DNA of 64,000 nucleotides from assembly GCF_009914755.1 (NCBI RefSeq), contig NC_060942.1. One strand, written 5' to 3'. The notes beneath the pieces were generated by a model that ran no database searches, was not told where the DNA came from, and was given only the letters and a program-made list of their open reading frames with translations. The stretch is from the human T2T-CHM13v2.0 reference genome, Homo sapiens. Both the position numbers and the translations under genes were made by a program. Shown here piece after piece: positions 28,441 to 42,575 of the stretch. How positions within the stretch are numbered: the stretch's first letter is position 1; each line of letters starts with the position of its first letter.

Positions 28441-31400
28441 TGCCAAGTGTTGCATTTAATTGCCACTGACTTAATGAAAGCTGGCATTTTTTTCAGGCAG
28501 GTATAGCATTATTAAATGTCCTTTCCATTCACTTTATAATAAAAGAAATCTTGGAAAGCATTCACCAGCATCTCTCTGACTTAGTCAGAATATCCTACAT
28601 GAATCAAAGAAAGGTTCTAGTTTTGGACATCCATGGGATTTGAGGAACGAGGAGATTGCAAACATGCACTTCAATTGTGTTTTGGCTTTTCAGTGGCACA
28701 TGTTTCCAGAAGATATCAGTCAATTTACTCTCTATTTGAGAAGATATAAAAAATTGGGACGCAAACAATTACTTATTATTAGTGCTCAAATTACTTTTCG
28801 GTCTTTTTTAAGACTATTATTATTATTACTATTACTATCACTATAAATGCATTCAATTTTTTAAAGTAGTAATCCCAAGCAAGATTAATAAATCAAGAGA
28901 TGTTCTCAGGCATGAAGCTGAAATAAAACTAGAAATACAAAGAGAATAAATTGTACAATCAAATGAGCAAGCACTCAAGTCGTATTTAGTGCTCCAAACA
29001 CATTAACCTGCAATGGTTACATAAGCAGAAGGATTAGTATTTAGGTCACCAAATTAGTCTTTTGAATTTTCTTGCTCTTTATCAAGAATTCTATGTGCTT
29101 CCTGATATCATTTACCATGACATATTAACCACAGCACTTTATCTACCAGCATTTCCAATTTTAATCTTCTTACCAATAGATATAACCTTATGGAAGAATT
29201 ATTAGTGGCTCTGACAATAAACCATAACTGATGATATCTATTAAATTTTATCTATAATGCAAAGTGGTTTTGCAGAATTCTCACTTTCATGGATTAGAAA
29301 ACACATTTTATATGTTTGCCTTGACTGTGTTTATGCACTAAAAAGATTTTGAAGAAATCAAGTAATTATGTGAGGAATTCAAACTAACAAAATTATACTT
29401 TTGTTAATAAAATTATTTTTTTTTACTTTAATAGAATATTTGTTTTGAAAAGCAGGTTTTTTGCCTGTATCTTTTTGTTTGCAGCTTTGTGCATAAACAA
29501 AGTATTAAGCTGCATCTATACTTTGCTATTCTGGCCAAATCTGTTTTCAGTGACTATCTCAAAATGACTGGCTGTTTAAAAATCAAAAGGCATAGTGTTT
29601 TTGGTGCCAGTCCACAAACAATACTCATACACATTTGCGACAGTATGTCTGGGTCTTAACCTTTCCTTTTGCTATGAACGCATACGTGAGGAACAAAAAA
29701 ACGGATGTTTATTATTAACAAAGATAAATTATTTATGTTTCCTGATATAAATGCTGCTGCAAAATTGATGTAGAAATCTGTAGAAATATATTCAGTTATC
29801 ATGTGTAGATTCTGAAAAATGACCTGTGGCTTGATAGAACAACCCCCAAGTTTATGCTGTCTCCAGTCTTTACGGTACATGGATCAACACACTTGATCCA
29901 TGATGCAAACAGTGTTGCCAAGTGACAGATTCTCCTCTCAGTTTTATCTCCTTATACACACGTCTAGGGAAATGATTTCCAGAATCTGAAATTTCAAATT
30001 TAATGGTAATTTTAAAGCAATGTATAATTCAGCAAAAATCATTCTTGCTCATAAAGATAGCTTAGGTCCAATAAGAATTTAGTTTGTTAGTTCTATGTAC
30101 TGATACTTCTCAGTTAAGAAGCCCTGCTAGTGAAGGTCAGTTAAAAATGAATCATTAAATATAGAATGTAGGTATATATATTTTGAGCATTTTAATGCCA
30201 AACCATCGTAATTTTAATTTCGAATATCCTTCTGCTACTTATAAAGGAGACATCTATTTATCTATATCTATAGATCAGAGATATATAGTTTGTTTTGTTT
30301 TTGTTGTTTTTTTCCAAAATAAACACCTCTATGCTATGGAGATACTAGGTAATAATTAAATATCAATTACCTTATGAACATCTGGCTTTTTAAATTGTGT
30401 TTTGTGTTCTGCATTTGCTCATGCTGGCCCCACTGGCCAACACACCTTTCCCAGCTTTTTGTACCTATCTGACATTTTCTTCATTTCTCAAGACTCAGCT
30501 GGAAGATTTGTATCATAACTCTCTTGTAATATTCACATTATAGTAAAATTATGGTTTATGTGCCTGTCTCAGAAACAATACTATTACAAGATTCTGTGGT
30601 CAGAAATTGTGTCTTTCACAGACACAAAAAGGATATTTTTGTCCTTTCTACCTACCACAGTGCCTATCTGACTCATGATAGGCAGAGTATAATATATCTG
30701 AAACTCATCTGAAAGCAATTTGTGTAGTTTACCAAAAGGGCAGAAGCTTGAAACACAGCTGCTTACTATACAGGTGAAATCAGGTGTTTTTTAGGTTGTG
30801 TCTATACAAAAGGGAGTGAAAAGGCAATTAGCCACATAAAACAATAGCAAAAGTCCTCCACTGAGACAAAGTCATTTTCTGATCCGGTTTGCTTCGACTG
30901 ACCTAGTTATATCAGTCATTAATAACTTTTAGATTTTTTTTTCTTTAGACATATAGACATAGTTTAAAGATACTGGAGTTTCTCAACTTAAAATAAATTG
31001 TTCATAAATTTGCCCATAAATTTATTTTCAATTATTAAATATTATTAGGTGTTTAGCATTTACTAGTATCAAGTGGGTTTGCATCAATAATACAATGTTG
31101 TGTTGAATTTCTTAAATATTAAAAAATATATGAATTAATGTCTAGCCATGCATTTGCAAAAAGAATATTTGCTAAGGAATAAAAGTTATTGCAATTTTTA
31201 AGACACTTTACATACAAAATGATCTGTAAACAAGAGTAACCAAATGCTCCTTTATGAAACAAAAAGCTTCCCTAGTGATTCTGGCCTATCTTTTTTTTTC
31301 TTTCGGCAGGATGCTCTTTTTCTTCCACCCCTGGGCCTGCCTATTTTCCTCCCTTGTTATTGACAGTCAGCCTTCGTGGGACTTGGTCACAATGTAGGAT

Positions 31401-32734
31401 CAGAAAGCACAGGTTATTGAGACAGGCCCATACTTTGTAACACTCCAGGAGAATCTGCATAATCTTTTTCGGTCTTTTCACCAGCAATGACAGTATGTTA
31501 TCTTACTAACGAATCAGCCCATGTCCATGTCATAGCTGGCATTATTAAAGGGGCAACAGCTAAGAGCCCATTTCAAGTGGAATAACAATATCTTTCCAGG
31601 TGGTGGAAATCCTGAAATGCTTCTGGCTCTGGGATGAAGGCTAAGTCCTTAGGATGGCTGGCATTTGTAACTCCTACTGTAGTTCACACCCATGTGGGCT
31701 CAGCACTAGCACAGTGCTTTTCTGATGTCATAGATGAACGGATGGCATACAGAAAGTAAGGAGCTTCTCAGGTCTTGGCAGAGTTGCAGGTAGTTTGACT
31801 AAAGTTGGACTCCTTAACTGGTGGTGGCTTAATAGATAAAACATTGAATTTTCTTATCAATTTAAAGAAGAATCTCATTCCTTTTTGAAGAAAAAACCCC
31901 AAAGATAACTTCCCTGGGGTAGGGTGGGGTGTCTTAGATTGTTTTTCAGAGTTAGTCATTCAAAAATTTAGTCTAAATATTCACCCAATGAGTTTTATTC
32001 CTCCCTTCCAAATAGCAATAAAAATTTTAAAATAGTCTGGGTTTATGGAAAACAAACTCCGTAAACATCAACCTATTCTTTGTTATAAGTAAGAAAAATA
32101 TCCATCTTAAACTGCAACCCTTAATACAAGAAGATCTTATTTATAAAATGTATTTTTATATCGTGGCAAAAATACTATCCTAATCCAAATACAAGTCCAT
32201 ATACTTAGTCTGTACTAATTTTATGTGTCAGAGGGTTTTTCTTAAGTTCTCTAGCTCAAAAAAAAATCAAAACTGCATCTTAAAGAACTCAAAATTACTG
32301 AAGAAAAAAATTAATATAGAAAAAACTTTTGTCTAGACAATTTAAATAACTCAATAGAGCACCTGATCTTTACTTGAAGCCTAATAGGGGGCTGAGACCT
32401 CAAGGACTTCACTGGCCTTTCTGATACGGCTAGCCTCAATAAATGGAAATGCAATAATTGTGGCTAAATATAGCCAAGTGTGCCAGTTTGGGCGTTCATT
32501 CATTGTTATATAATATTATGATCCTGGGACCATAAGGAGCATATGTCTAGCTCTTGATAGTTCTATGTTCTACCAGGAGGCATTGCAGCAGCATAAGCCC
32601 TCATGTTTTAAGGTCTAACTTTTCTTTCTGATATACCTAAATTTTAAAGACTTTTTAGTACATTAAGTTTATGGTTGTCCCTAACTACTGAGTAGTAAAT
32701 TTAGCCTACTAATTGCTTTTCTGTATTTTGCCTT

Positions 32735-35065
32735 AATAATAGTAGTTAACATTTACTGAATATTTTTATGTGCCAGGAGTTGTTCTAAGTCCTTTAATTA
32801 TATTAGTTTATTTAGTCCTCATTTAAATAATTAATTCTATGTGCCAAATTCCATTTATTATCTCCATTTACTAGATGTGAAGACCCAGTTATAATGTTAT
32901 ATAACCCCCTAAGTCACACTTTGAGCCACTATGCTATGTTGCCTTATACTTTAGATTTTTAAGCCTAAAATTATTCTATTAATAAAAAGGAAGGTCATAT
33001 GAAGTAATTGTTTAGCAGTTGATTCTATTTTAAATAAAAGGAACAAACCTTTGTATAATACTCTCTATGTTCCAAGCCCATTATAAGCACTTTACACAAA
33101 TATTAGTTCATTTAATCTTTACTCCAGTCCTGTAAGATAGGGACATTATTATTCCTATAGTGTGGAAAAGGAAATTGAGACACAGAGAGACTATGTAACT
33201 TGTCCATGGTCACCCAGCTGGTACATGACAGAAATTCAGGGAAAAAATACCATCACACCAATTGTTGCAATTATTTTAATTTAACATTCGAGTCCTGCCA
33301 CTGCTGTTTGTCTCAGAATAAATTGTTCCATCTTTCTAAATCTTAGAAACCTCATTTATAAATTAAAGGTGGGGGGATTCTATCATCTATAAGGCCCTTT
33401 CAAATACTCTTATTTATTGTGTACAAAAACCCCTGAAAAGTCACTTACAAAAAAACTTGTTCATGCCCGTCTGAAGATTTACGAACTCCAGCTTTTTATC
33501 TGACTGTGCATTCTGACAATTTTCTGCATTTCTCTAAGAATGGTCTGGAAAGGGATCTGGCAGGAAATAAAGAATATATAAAGTATTTTGATGGTCTCCA
33601 GAAATGCCCATTTCAACTCAGCATCTGCCGACAGGTCTACCTAATCTTCCAAACTCTGTGTAAATCCTGGATCCACCATTTACCAGCTGTGTAACCCTGG
33701 ACAACAATTCCATCTTTCTGACCTCAGTGTCTTTCTCTGCAAAACAGCGGTAAGAATGATCCTACTTCAATAGAGTTGCTGTGAGGATTCACTGAGATCA
33801 TGTGTACCAAGCTCCTACAATAGTACTGAACCCACAGTAAGTACTGAGTGAAAATTAGCATTATTGCAGATTTCTGCTCCTATGAAAGTTACAATTGTGA
33901 ATTACTACACTTATACACTTCCTCTGAAGTCTAAAGAAATCACAGGCTCCTCCCAAGATTTGGAAAATTGAGCTCATCTTTGTCTATCTTCAGAAAAAAA
34001 ATCTAGTTAAATTGTTCAATGGTTAAGTTAGATATTATCTGATATGGAACTAAGTTTGTGAGATATAAACAGTATTCTGTCCACCCCTCCTTAGTTAAGC
34101 TAAGAGGTATTAGCTTTATTATTTGCTAAATGTCACTTAGCATTTGATAAATGTAGCATTTACAGTGCATTCTCCGAGGACTGGAAACAGTATTGTAGAA
34201 CACCAGAACCTGTTTTCCCCTTGAAGTAACACGCTATCTCAGTATATAAATTACCCAGTACCCAAGGTAATGGAGAAGAAAACCTAAGGAAGTTTGACAT
34301 TTACTTTGGAAGTGTGATAAAGCAATTGAGACTGTTGAAATTTAACACTACCTTGAGGTCTTATTACACTTGCATGTCACTCCTTAGTGCAAACTCACTT
34401 TTGCTTTATAGAAGAGCCCAATATATTAATCTACAGCCTTAAAGTGAGTTACCGGTTTAATGCAGATCCAATCTGAGAATAAATTAGGCCCTTTTAAAGT
34501 GTATTACAGAATGTTGAGCTAATGGTAATTGACGACGTATATTCACTCTTTGCCAAGTTGTAGGTACAAATGTGATATGATTACATCCAGGACAAGAGCC
34601 TGAATTTAAGTAAGGCTTTTAGAGCTGAAGATCATAGAGATTATATCATCTACCAGAGGCCCAGAGGGATTAAGTGATTTGTCTAAGGTTATACAGATAA
34701 TAGGTGGATATCCCAGATTTCAGACTAGACTTTCTTGAGCTCAAGTTCAAGGAAGGTCCATTCTTCTACACTATGCATTCAGCAATATATTACAATGGTA
34801 ATAATAATTACAATAACCCCTATCTATTGAATACATCCTGTGGGCCAAGGGTTCTGGTAAACTCCACACATATAAACCCTCCTCTGACCCTGACCCTGTT
34901 CTATTCCTCTCATAGCTCCATGAGATATGTCTGGTTCTCTTCATTTTACAGAAAGATGACTGAGACTCAGAGTTTGTGACTTGTACAAGGCCTCACAGCT
35001 AGGAGATGCCAACAGCTGGGTCCAATCTCAGCTCGGAATCTGCACTCTGTCTACAGGACTAGCGC
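32735..35065. mobile_element. Cluster of degenerate MIR fragments (~32740-32940, 33060-33240, 33660-33860, 34620-34760, 34800-35060)
   Basis: Repeated MIR core motifs such as aggaaattgagacacagagag..aacttgtccatggtcac and ctctgacctcagtgtctttctctgcaaaac. Confidence 0.65.
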
Positions 35066-35550
35066 TTTGCCCAAGGAGACCAAAATGAAGACATCTTGTC
35101 TCCTGGTCTTGAAAATTAACTAATTCACTTTTAATGACATCAAGTGTAAACAATCTACCAAATTATTAAAACATTATCTTTTTGTCTATGTAGGCCATGG
35201 ATCAAGACCATTAACTTATAATCAGTGATAGCCAAGAGGATGGGAAGAGAATATTAAGCCTGGTGCTCTGCAAATTAATACTTGCAGGTAAATGAGAAGT
35301 ATCATAGGCATATTACTATTTACTTAACGTTTCATTCTATTTGAAAGAGAAATTCCCAAATGTTAAATACTACCCTACATTTTAAGCTTAAAAATACGCT
35401 GGACATGCGACAATGGTGCTGAGTACTTTGGGGGAAGATCACAACAGTCCTGGTAGCAGTGTCACAGCAAAATATTTCAGAGGTACCAGATGAGCTAGCT
35501 CCAAGGCAAATGAGGCAATATTATGTTTAACTGTTTGTTCGGAAACTTCT

Positions 35551-35556
35551 TTTATT
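35551..35556 (-). terminator. Candidate proximal polyadenylation signal AATAAA for TMEM200C
   Basis: tttatt on the plus strand ~760 nt past the stop, with a UGUA upstream (taca 35590-35593). An ATTAAA also occurs at 36061-36056. Confidence 0.5.
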
Positions 35557-36312
35557 AAAAAAGATTTTAAATATTAATGCTATTTTCAATACAGGTGTGA
35601 TAACACTCAATAAAGCATGGTGTACTTGATATAAATTTCGGAATGTAACAGTCCATCTAGTTCCTGGTCCCCTCCAGTCTCCACCACATAGCCTAGTAGC
35701 AAAACGTACACACCCGTTTAAAAATGAAGAAGCTTTTGGGCATTGGGTGAGCACAGTGGGGTGGGGCAAGGAAAGTGCTCGTTCCTGAATTATTCATGCT
35801 TTTGGCTTTGACTTCAGTTAGTAACATCAATTCTAAGAGAACTGAGACAAACTCTTCTATGTTCCGCAAAGGAATGGAGGAAAAAGCCTGCCATTCGCAA
35901 GCAGCTGTGGGCAAAACCAGCGCAGAGTACAGGGGTCGGGAAATGAGGGATTAAAAAAAAAAGTCGGAGTAAAGTGCACAGTTACTGTCAAAAATATATT
36001 ATTTTGATCCTAAGAAAATTAAAAGATTTTATCTAATGGACTAGATTGCTGACCTTTTAATACATTTGGTTTTCATTGAACATACAATCACCATCGGACA
36101 TAAAAAGACTAGTTTGCTTAAAAAAAAAAAATCCTTGGAGTTATCTACAGGAATCTTGTGGACGCAATTCAAGGATAACATTCTGCAGCTCTTTGGATAT
36201 TGAATGATGTCCTCGGATCAGTCCACAAAAGAAACAGGGACCTGTTAATGCACTGATTCAAGTGGGCGTTTCTCCCATTTTCTCTTTCCTCCTCCCCAAC
36301 CCACCCCTTTCT

Positions 36313-38247
<1,935 letters not shown>

Positions 38248-38269
38248 CTAGCTGCTCAGCCACCTCCTC

Positions 38270-38300
38270 CTGCTGCAAAGCAGAGGAAGACAGTCAGAGG
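38270..38300 (-). promoter_or_regulatory. TMEM200C: Splice acceptor of the TMEM200C coding exon (tandem CAGCAG) with branch point
   Basis: Minus strand reads CTGAC-tgtcttcctctgctttg-CAG-CAG-GAGG: a CTGAC branch site (38297-38293), a pyrimidine tract and AGs ending at 38273 and 38270. Confidence 0.8.
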
Positions 38301-40749
38301 GTGTCAGCTTGGCTGCAGTGACATCTCACGCTGCAGCTGCCCTACTCCCAGATCCCACTCCGTGTGTGCCCCCCACCCCAGGGCCTTTATCCACTAACTG
38401 AAACAAGGCCGTGTACAGAGGCTGGAGCCAGGTAGACACTAGGGAAGGGAAACGTTGTTGCAACAACTAATAGGTGGTTATAAAACATTGCAATAACTAA
38501 TATGTGGTGATAAAACCATCTGAGAATATGCCTTCTTCTCCTCGCTCCCCACCCATCTCCTCCACACACTCCATGGTAATATGAGGGTTTGAAATGAACA
38601 ATGGAGTTCCAACCATTAGTAAAACCTAAATGCAGGGACTCAAAGTAGTGGTTAAGGACCTCCCTGTCAAGATTCTTTCCCTCAGTCCTTCAGGAATTGG
38701 AAGATTTTTCAAGGGAGCTGTCACAGGAGTTTCAAGTCTCTCTAAGCTGGGGAATCTGTCAATGTGTGGCCCAAAGTCACTAAAACAGTCAGGAAAGTTA
38801 CTACTGTATAAAGACAAAGGAATTTATTTCACTGGATGAAAATCAAAGGTCATATAATGGCAGGCAGGCGGTTTATTTACTTCAGATAATTAATAGAGAG
38901 TTCACCACTGGGGAAGCAGCAGAGATATTGCAATACTCTGACAATAAATCCCTTCACAAAGTTGTCTCCCACCTATGCCTGTTCCTACAGCTATGTGCAG
39001 GCAGATCCCTTGCACAGCCTTCTTCTCTCCTCTCAGCAACATCTGGACAGCTTCTTGGGGTGGAATATTTAGTTTTAGGTAACTGCTTATGTAACTGAGC
39101 TCTTCCTTCTGGCCTTCTTTCCTCCCTCAGAGGAACTCCCTTAAAGGTATCATGTGTCAGATTTCATCAGGGAATTTGAGAAGTCCCCTGGAATCTCCAA
39201 GAGAAAGATCTTTTTCTCATATGGGAAAATTACAATTAAAAAAACTAACACTCTGCCATAATAGTTTTCTGACCCCTTATTAAGGTGCCAAGAGCATGCT
39301 ACAGAGTCCCAGTATTCAAATGAGTAGGCAACTAACTAGGTAAAGCAGTCTACATAATATGATGATTTGTAGAATGACATTTCCCCCAAGCCAAAACTGT
39401 TTTGTTTTGTTTTGTTTTTCCCCCTTATCCCTTTCTCATGAGGTCATTTTTAGGAAGGGAGGGTGGCAACAATCAATGGACTACTCTTAGGAAGTTTATT
39501 TAGTTGTTTGTAAAAGCCTGGGTAGGAAAATTCACAAATGCATATTTGTAGTTATTCGGCAGCCTCTAAAAATTACAGTCTTGCTGTATCTCCAGAGTAG
39601 AACATTTTCTGTCCCATTAGTTGTTTTCCCTCCTATGAGATGCTAAAATCAAGGACATTGTATGAACTGAAAGACTTAGATATCACGCCCAAGCCTTTTG
39701 CTCTTCTATCCTTTATCAGATAATTCATGTTTTAGAATAAATTCCCCCTTGAAAATGTGTGGTAGGTAGAATTTTGCTTTTAATTGGTGATTGGGTGAAA
39801 GGCTTTGGCCCTTGAGTTCCTCCATTATATCAATATAGGCAGGATCTTTTCTCCATCAGTGGGAATGTAAATGGTAATCAGCTCTTTGCAATATTTGCAA
39901 ATCAATATCTCTTTGGGACTTAGCTGGGTTTCAGTAAAGAGAAGCACCAGGTAGATAAGAGAGGGGTCAGTATAGAGAATACATCTATAAACCTTTAAGC
40001 TGCACCAGTAAGTACAGATTGAAACAAACAAAAAAAAGAGCTTACTGTCTATCTCTAATCCCAAATAAGTAAGCACATTTATTACGTGGTTGTAACATAG
40101 AGACTGTTGTTTTAAGTGATCCTTGGAGTCCAGCATCTTAAATAATCTGGAGATCCGTGGTTATCTTAAGAAGGCTTTAAGGACCAGACATTTTTTAGAA
40201 GCGAACTCAGACTCAGTTGGCAGGGTGGCTCTCCCACCGCAGAAAGGCTACATGTTTTGTTGGGCATTGATCAGGTGCGCCGGGAGGCTGGATGCCTTGG
40301 GGGAGGAGGAAACCCACTTGGATTTCTCCTCAGCAAGGCAGCTTTGGCTCCGGTAGAATGTAAGGAAGGTTGGAATGGACTTCAACAGTCCTTTACCGCA
40401 CATCTTTAAAATGAGTTTAATAGCTAGTAATTAACTCCCTCGTTTATTATTCCTTCAGCTCTGTTGAAGGCTGTACTCCCTTTTAATGTATCATCATCTG
40501 ACACGAAATACAGACAAAGGTCAGATGCCACCGGAGACCCACCTTTGAGGTTTTCCTTTATACCTAATGAAAGAAAACAAACTTAGCAGTCAAGCTTGGC
40601 TGCCCTCGCAATTTACTGCCTGGAGCTGGTCTTACCGTGGTTAAAGAATGGAGGATGGGGGAAGCAAAGGAGGGATGTCTAAAAATACAACTGCTTCCAA
40701 GAGAGACATTCAAGTTCTCCGCTCAAGATGGATTAAGCCCCACTCTGAG

Positions 40750-42450
40750 GCTCGGAGGCTCGGATCCCACAGGCTGGGAGCGCTGTGCTGTGCCCGGTAC
40801 CCAACCCAGGTCCTCGACCCCGGCCCCTCACTGGCAGGGCGGCGACCCCCTGGCCCCTGGCTTTGGTCTGCTTATTGATGTTAGCTGGAGTCACATGAGT
40901 GCAGCAGCTGGGAGTCCGCCTCTGGAAAGAAGACAGGCAGGAGCCAAGTGAGGGCAATCCTGAACTAGCTTTTTCTGGGCAGCGCATCCCGTGTAGCCAG
41001 CCCGGGAAAAAGCCTCTCACCGAACACCAGCCCGGGGCGCGGGGGCTCGGGGACCCGAGGGGCGGGGAGGGGCCCCCAAGGGCTGGGGACTGGCAGAATT
41101 GCTCAAAATGGCAGCACTCTCCGCACGCAAGATCGCTCACTTACCCAGGGAGACCGAGGGAGGTCGGGGCCGGCGAACGGGCGCTCGGGCGACACAAAGG
41201 AACCATGGAGAAACTTTTTCAGCCCGAGCCGACGGCGGAGCGCAGGGACAGCGCCCCGGGGCCCCGCATCCGAGCGCGGCTCAGCAGCCCCGCGGGGGCG
41301 AGCGCCCGCCCCAGGCTCGCAGTCCCCGCCGGCGCTGTGGCGGGAGCCATTTCCAAGAGTTTCCAAGAAGTGTCAGGTCCTCCGCATCCCGCATCCCGCC
41401 TCGGAGCCCTCCTCTCCGCCGCTCATCCTCCGGCTCCCGGCGTCCCCTAGCGCGGCGCTCCCGGGCGGGCCCCTGCGGCCGCGCCGCCGGCCCTCGCGCC
41501 TCTTTTGTGTGGCTGCGGCGCGCCGGGCTCCGCCGGGTGGAGTTGAGCCCGCGGCGGCGGCTCGGGGCGGCCGGACTGGCGGCTGTTGCTAAGAGACCGG
41601 AGCCATGACACAGGGAAATTGCGGCAGGGTGGCGGTCGGGGCCCGCCCGGCTCGGCGGAGTCGGGGGGCGCCCCCGCCCCCGCCCCCCGCCCCACCCCCT
41701 CCTCCGGCGCCCCCCCCCACGCCGCCGGCCTTCCCCGCTCCCCCGCGTCCTCCGCCGCCCGCCGCCCGTCCCTTCGGAAGCGCCGATTCCTCGGGGAGGA
41801 GGAGGCGTGAGGGGAGGCGGCGGAGGCAGCCGGCACGGGGCGCTCGGGCCGCGGGGCAGGGGGCGCGGGGTGCCTCCTCGGCCTCGGCTCTCCCCGCCCC
41901 GGGGCGCCCCGAGACCGCCGCCTGCCTCCGCGGGCAGCTTTGTTCTTCTTTCCTCCAACTACCTGTCTGAGCCGCGGGCCCCAGAGGCCCCAAAGAGAGG
42001 CCCGGAGGGTCTCCCCAGCAGCATCCGAGGGGCGCTCTCGGGGAGCTAGGGGCCAGAGTCCGCGGTCCCTCCGTGCCTGCCTCCCTCCCCTCGTGCCTCG
42101 GTCTTTTGTTGCCTCTACTCCTCGGCACGGCGCAGCCTGGGCTCTCTTCCCCCTCCCGCTTGGGAGTTTGCAGTGTGGACGCTCGGCGAGCACAGTAAGT
42201 TGTCCCCCAGCGAACTCGGGCCCGGGCGGAGTGGAGCCGCCCCCGCCGGGACGGGCGCACCGCGGGACGCTTGGAAGCCTCTGCCAGATGCGCTCGCGCT
42301 CCAGCCCCGCCGGGCTTTGTGACCAGCCTGACCGGGACCCGGCAGCTGGGGCTCCTCGGAGATCAGAATGGGCTCCGGGGCTCTTCCTTGGGCAGCCCCT
42401 CCTGCTCCTCCCCGGTGCGGTAATCAGCAAGCATTAAAAGGAAAACTATA
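40750..42450. promoter_or_regulatory. CpG island / GC-box promoter of TMEM200C (probably bidirectional)
   Basis: Very high GC and CpG density; multiple CCCCGCCCC (Sp/KLF) boxes at ~41670-41760; located ~3-4 kb 5' of the TMEM200C coding exon. Confidence 0.9.
41145..41588 (-). other. TMEM200C: Putative non-coding 5'UTR exon of TMEM200C
   Basis: Strong donor TGG|GTAAGT (GT at 41144-41143) and candidate acceptor tctcttag| (G at 41589). A further upstream donor CAG|GTAGTT (GT at 41962-41961) suggests a first exon ending at 41963. Exon model is inferred from motifs only. Confidence 0.55.
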
Positions 42451-42539
42451 ATTCTCCAGGAATCAGGAATCAGGGTTGGAATCAAAGAGGGGAGGTGGGG
42501 GTAGGGAGGATGTCCAAACTCCCTACGTCATTTAAAAAA

Positions 42540-42575
42540 GAGAGAAGGCGAGAGAGAGAGAGAGAGAAAGAGATC
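42540..42575. repeat. (GA)n tract at the edge of the promoter island
   Basis: Directly visible. Confidence 0.85.

Noticed and set aside
29878-29902. Perfect 10-bp hairpin catggatcaa-cacac-ttgatccatg
   Set aside because: About one such stem is expected by chance in 64 kb; too short for a pre-miRNA and no supporting context.
40637-42437. Many overlapping 100-330 aa ORFs in the promoter island
   Set aside because: Expected stop-codon depletion in very GC-rich DNA; mostly non-ATG starts and Pro/Arg/Gly low-complexity products without domains.
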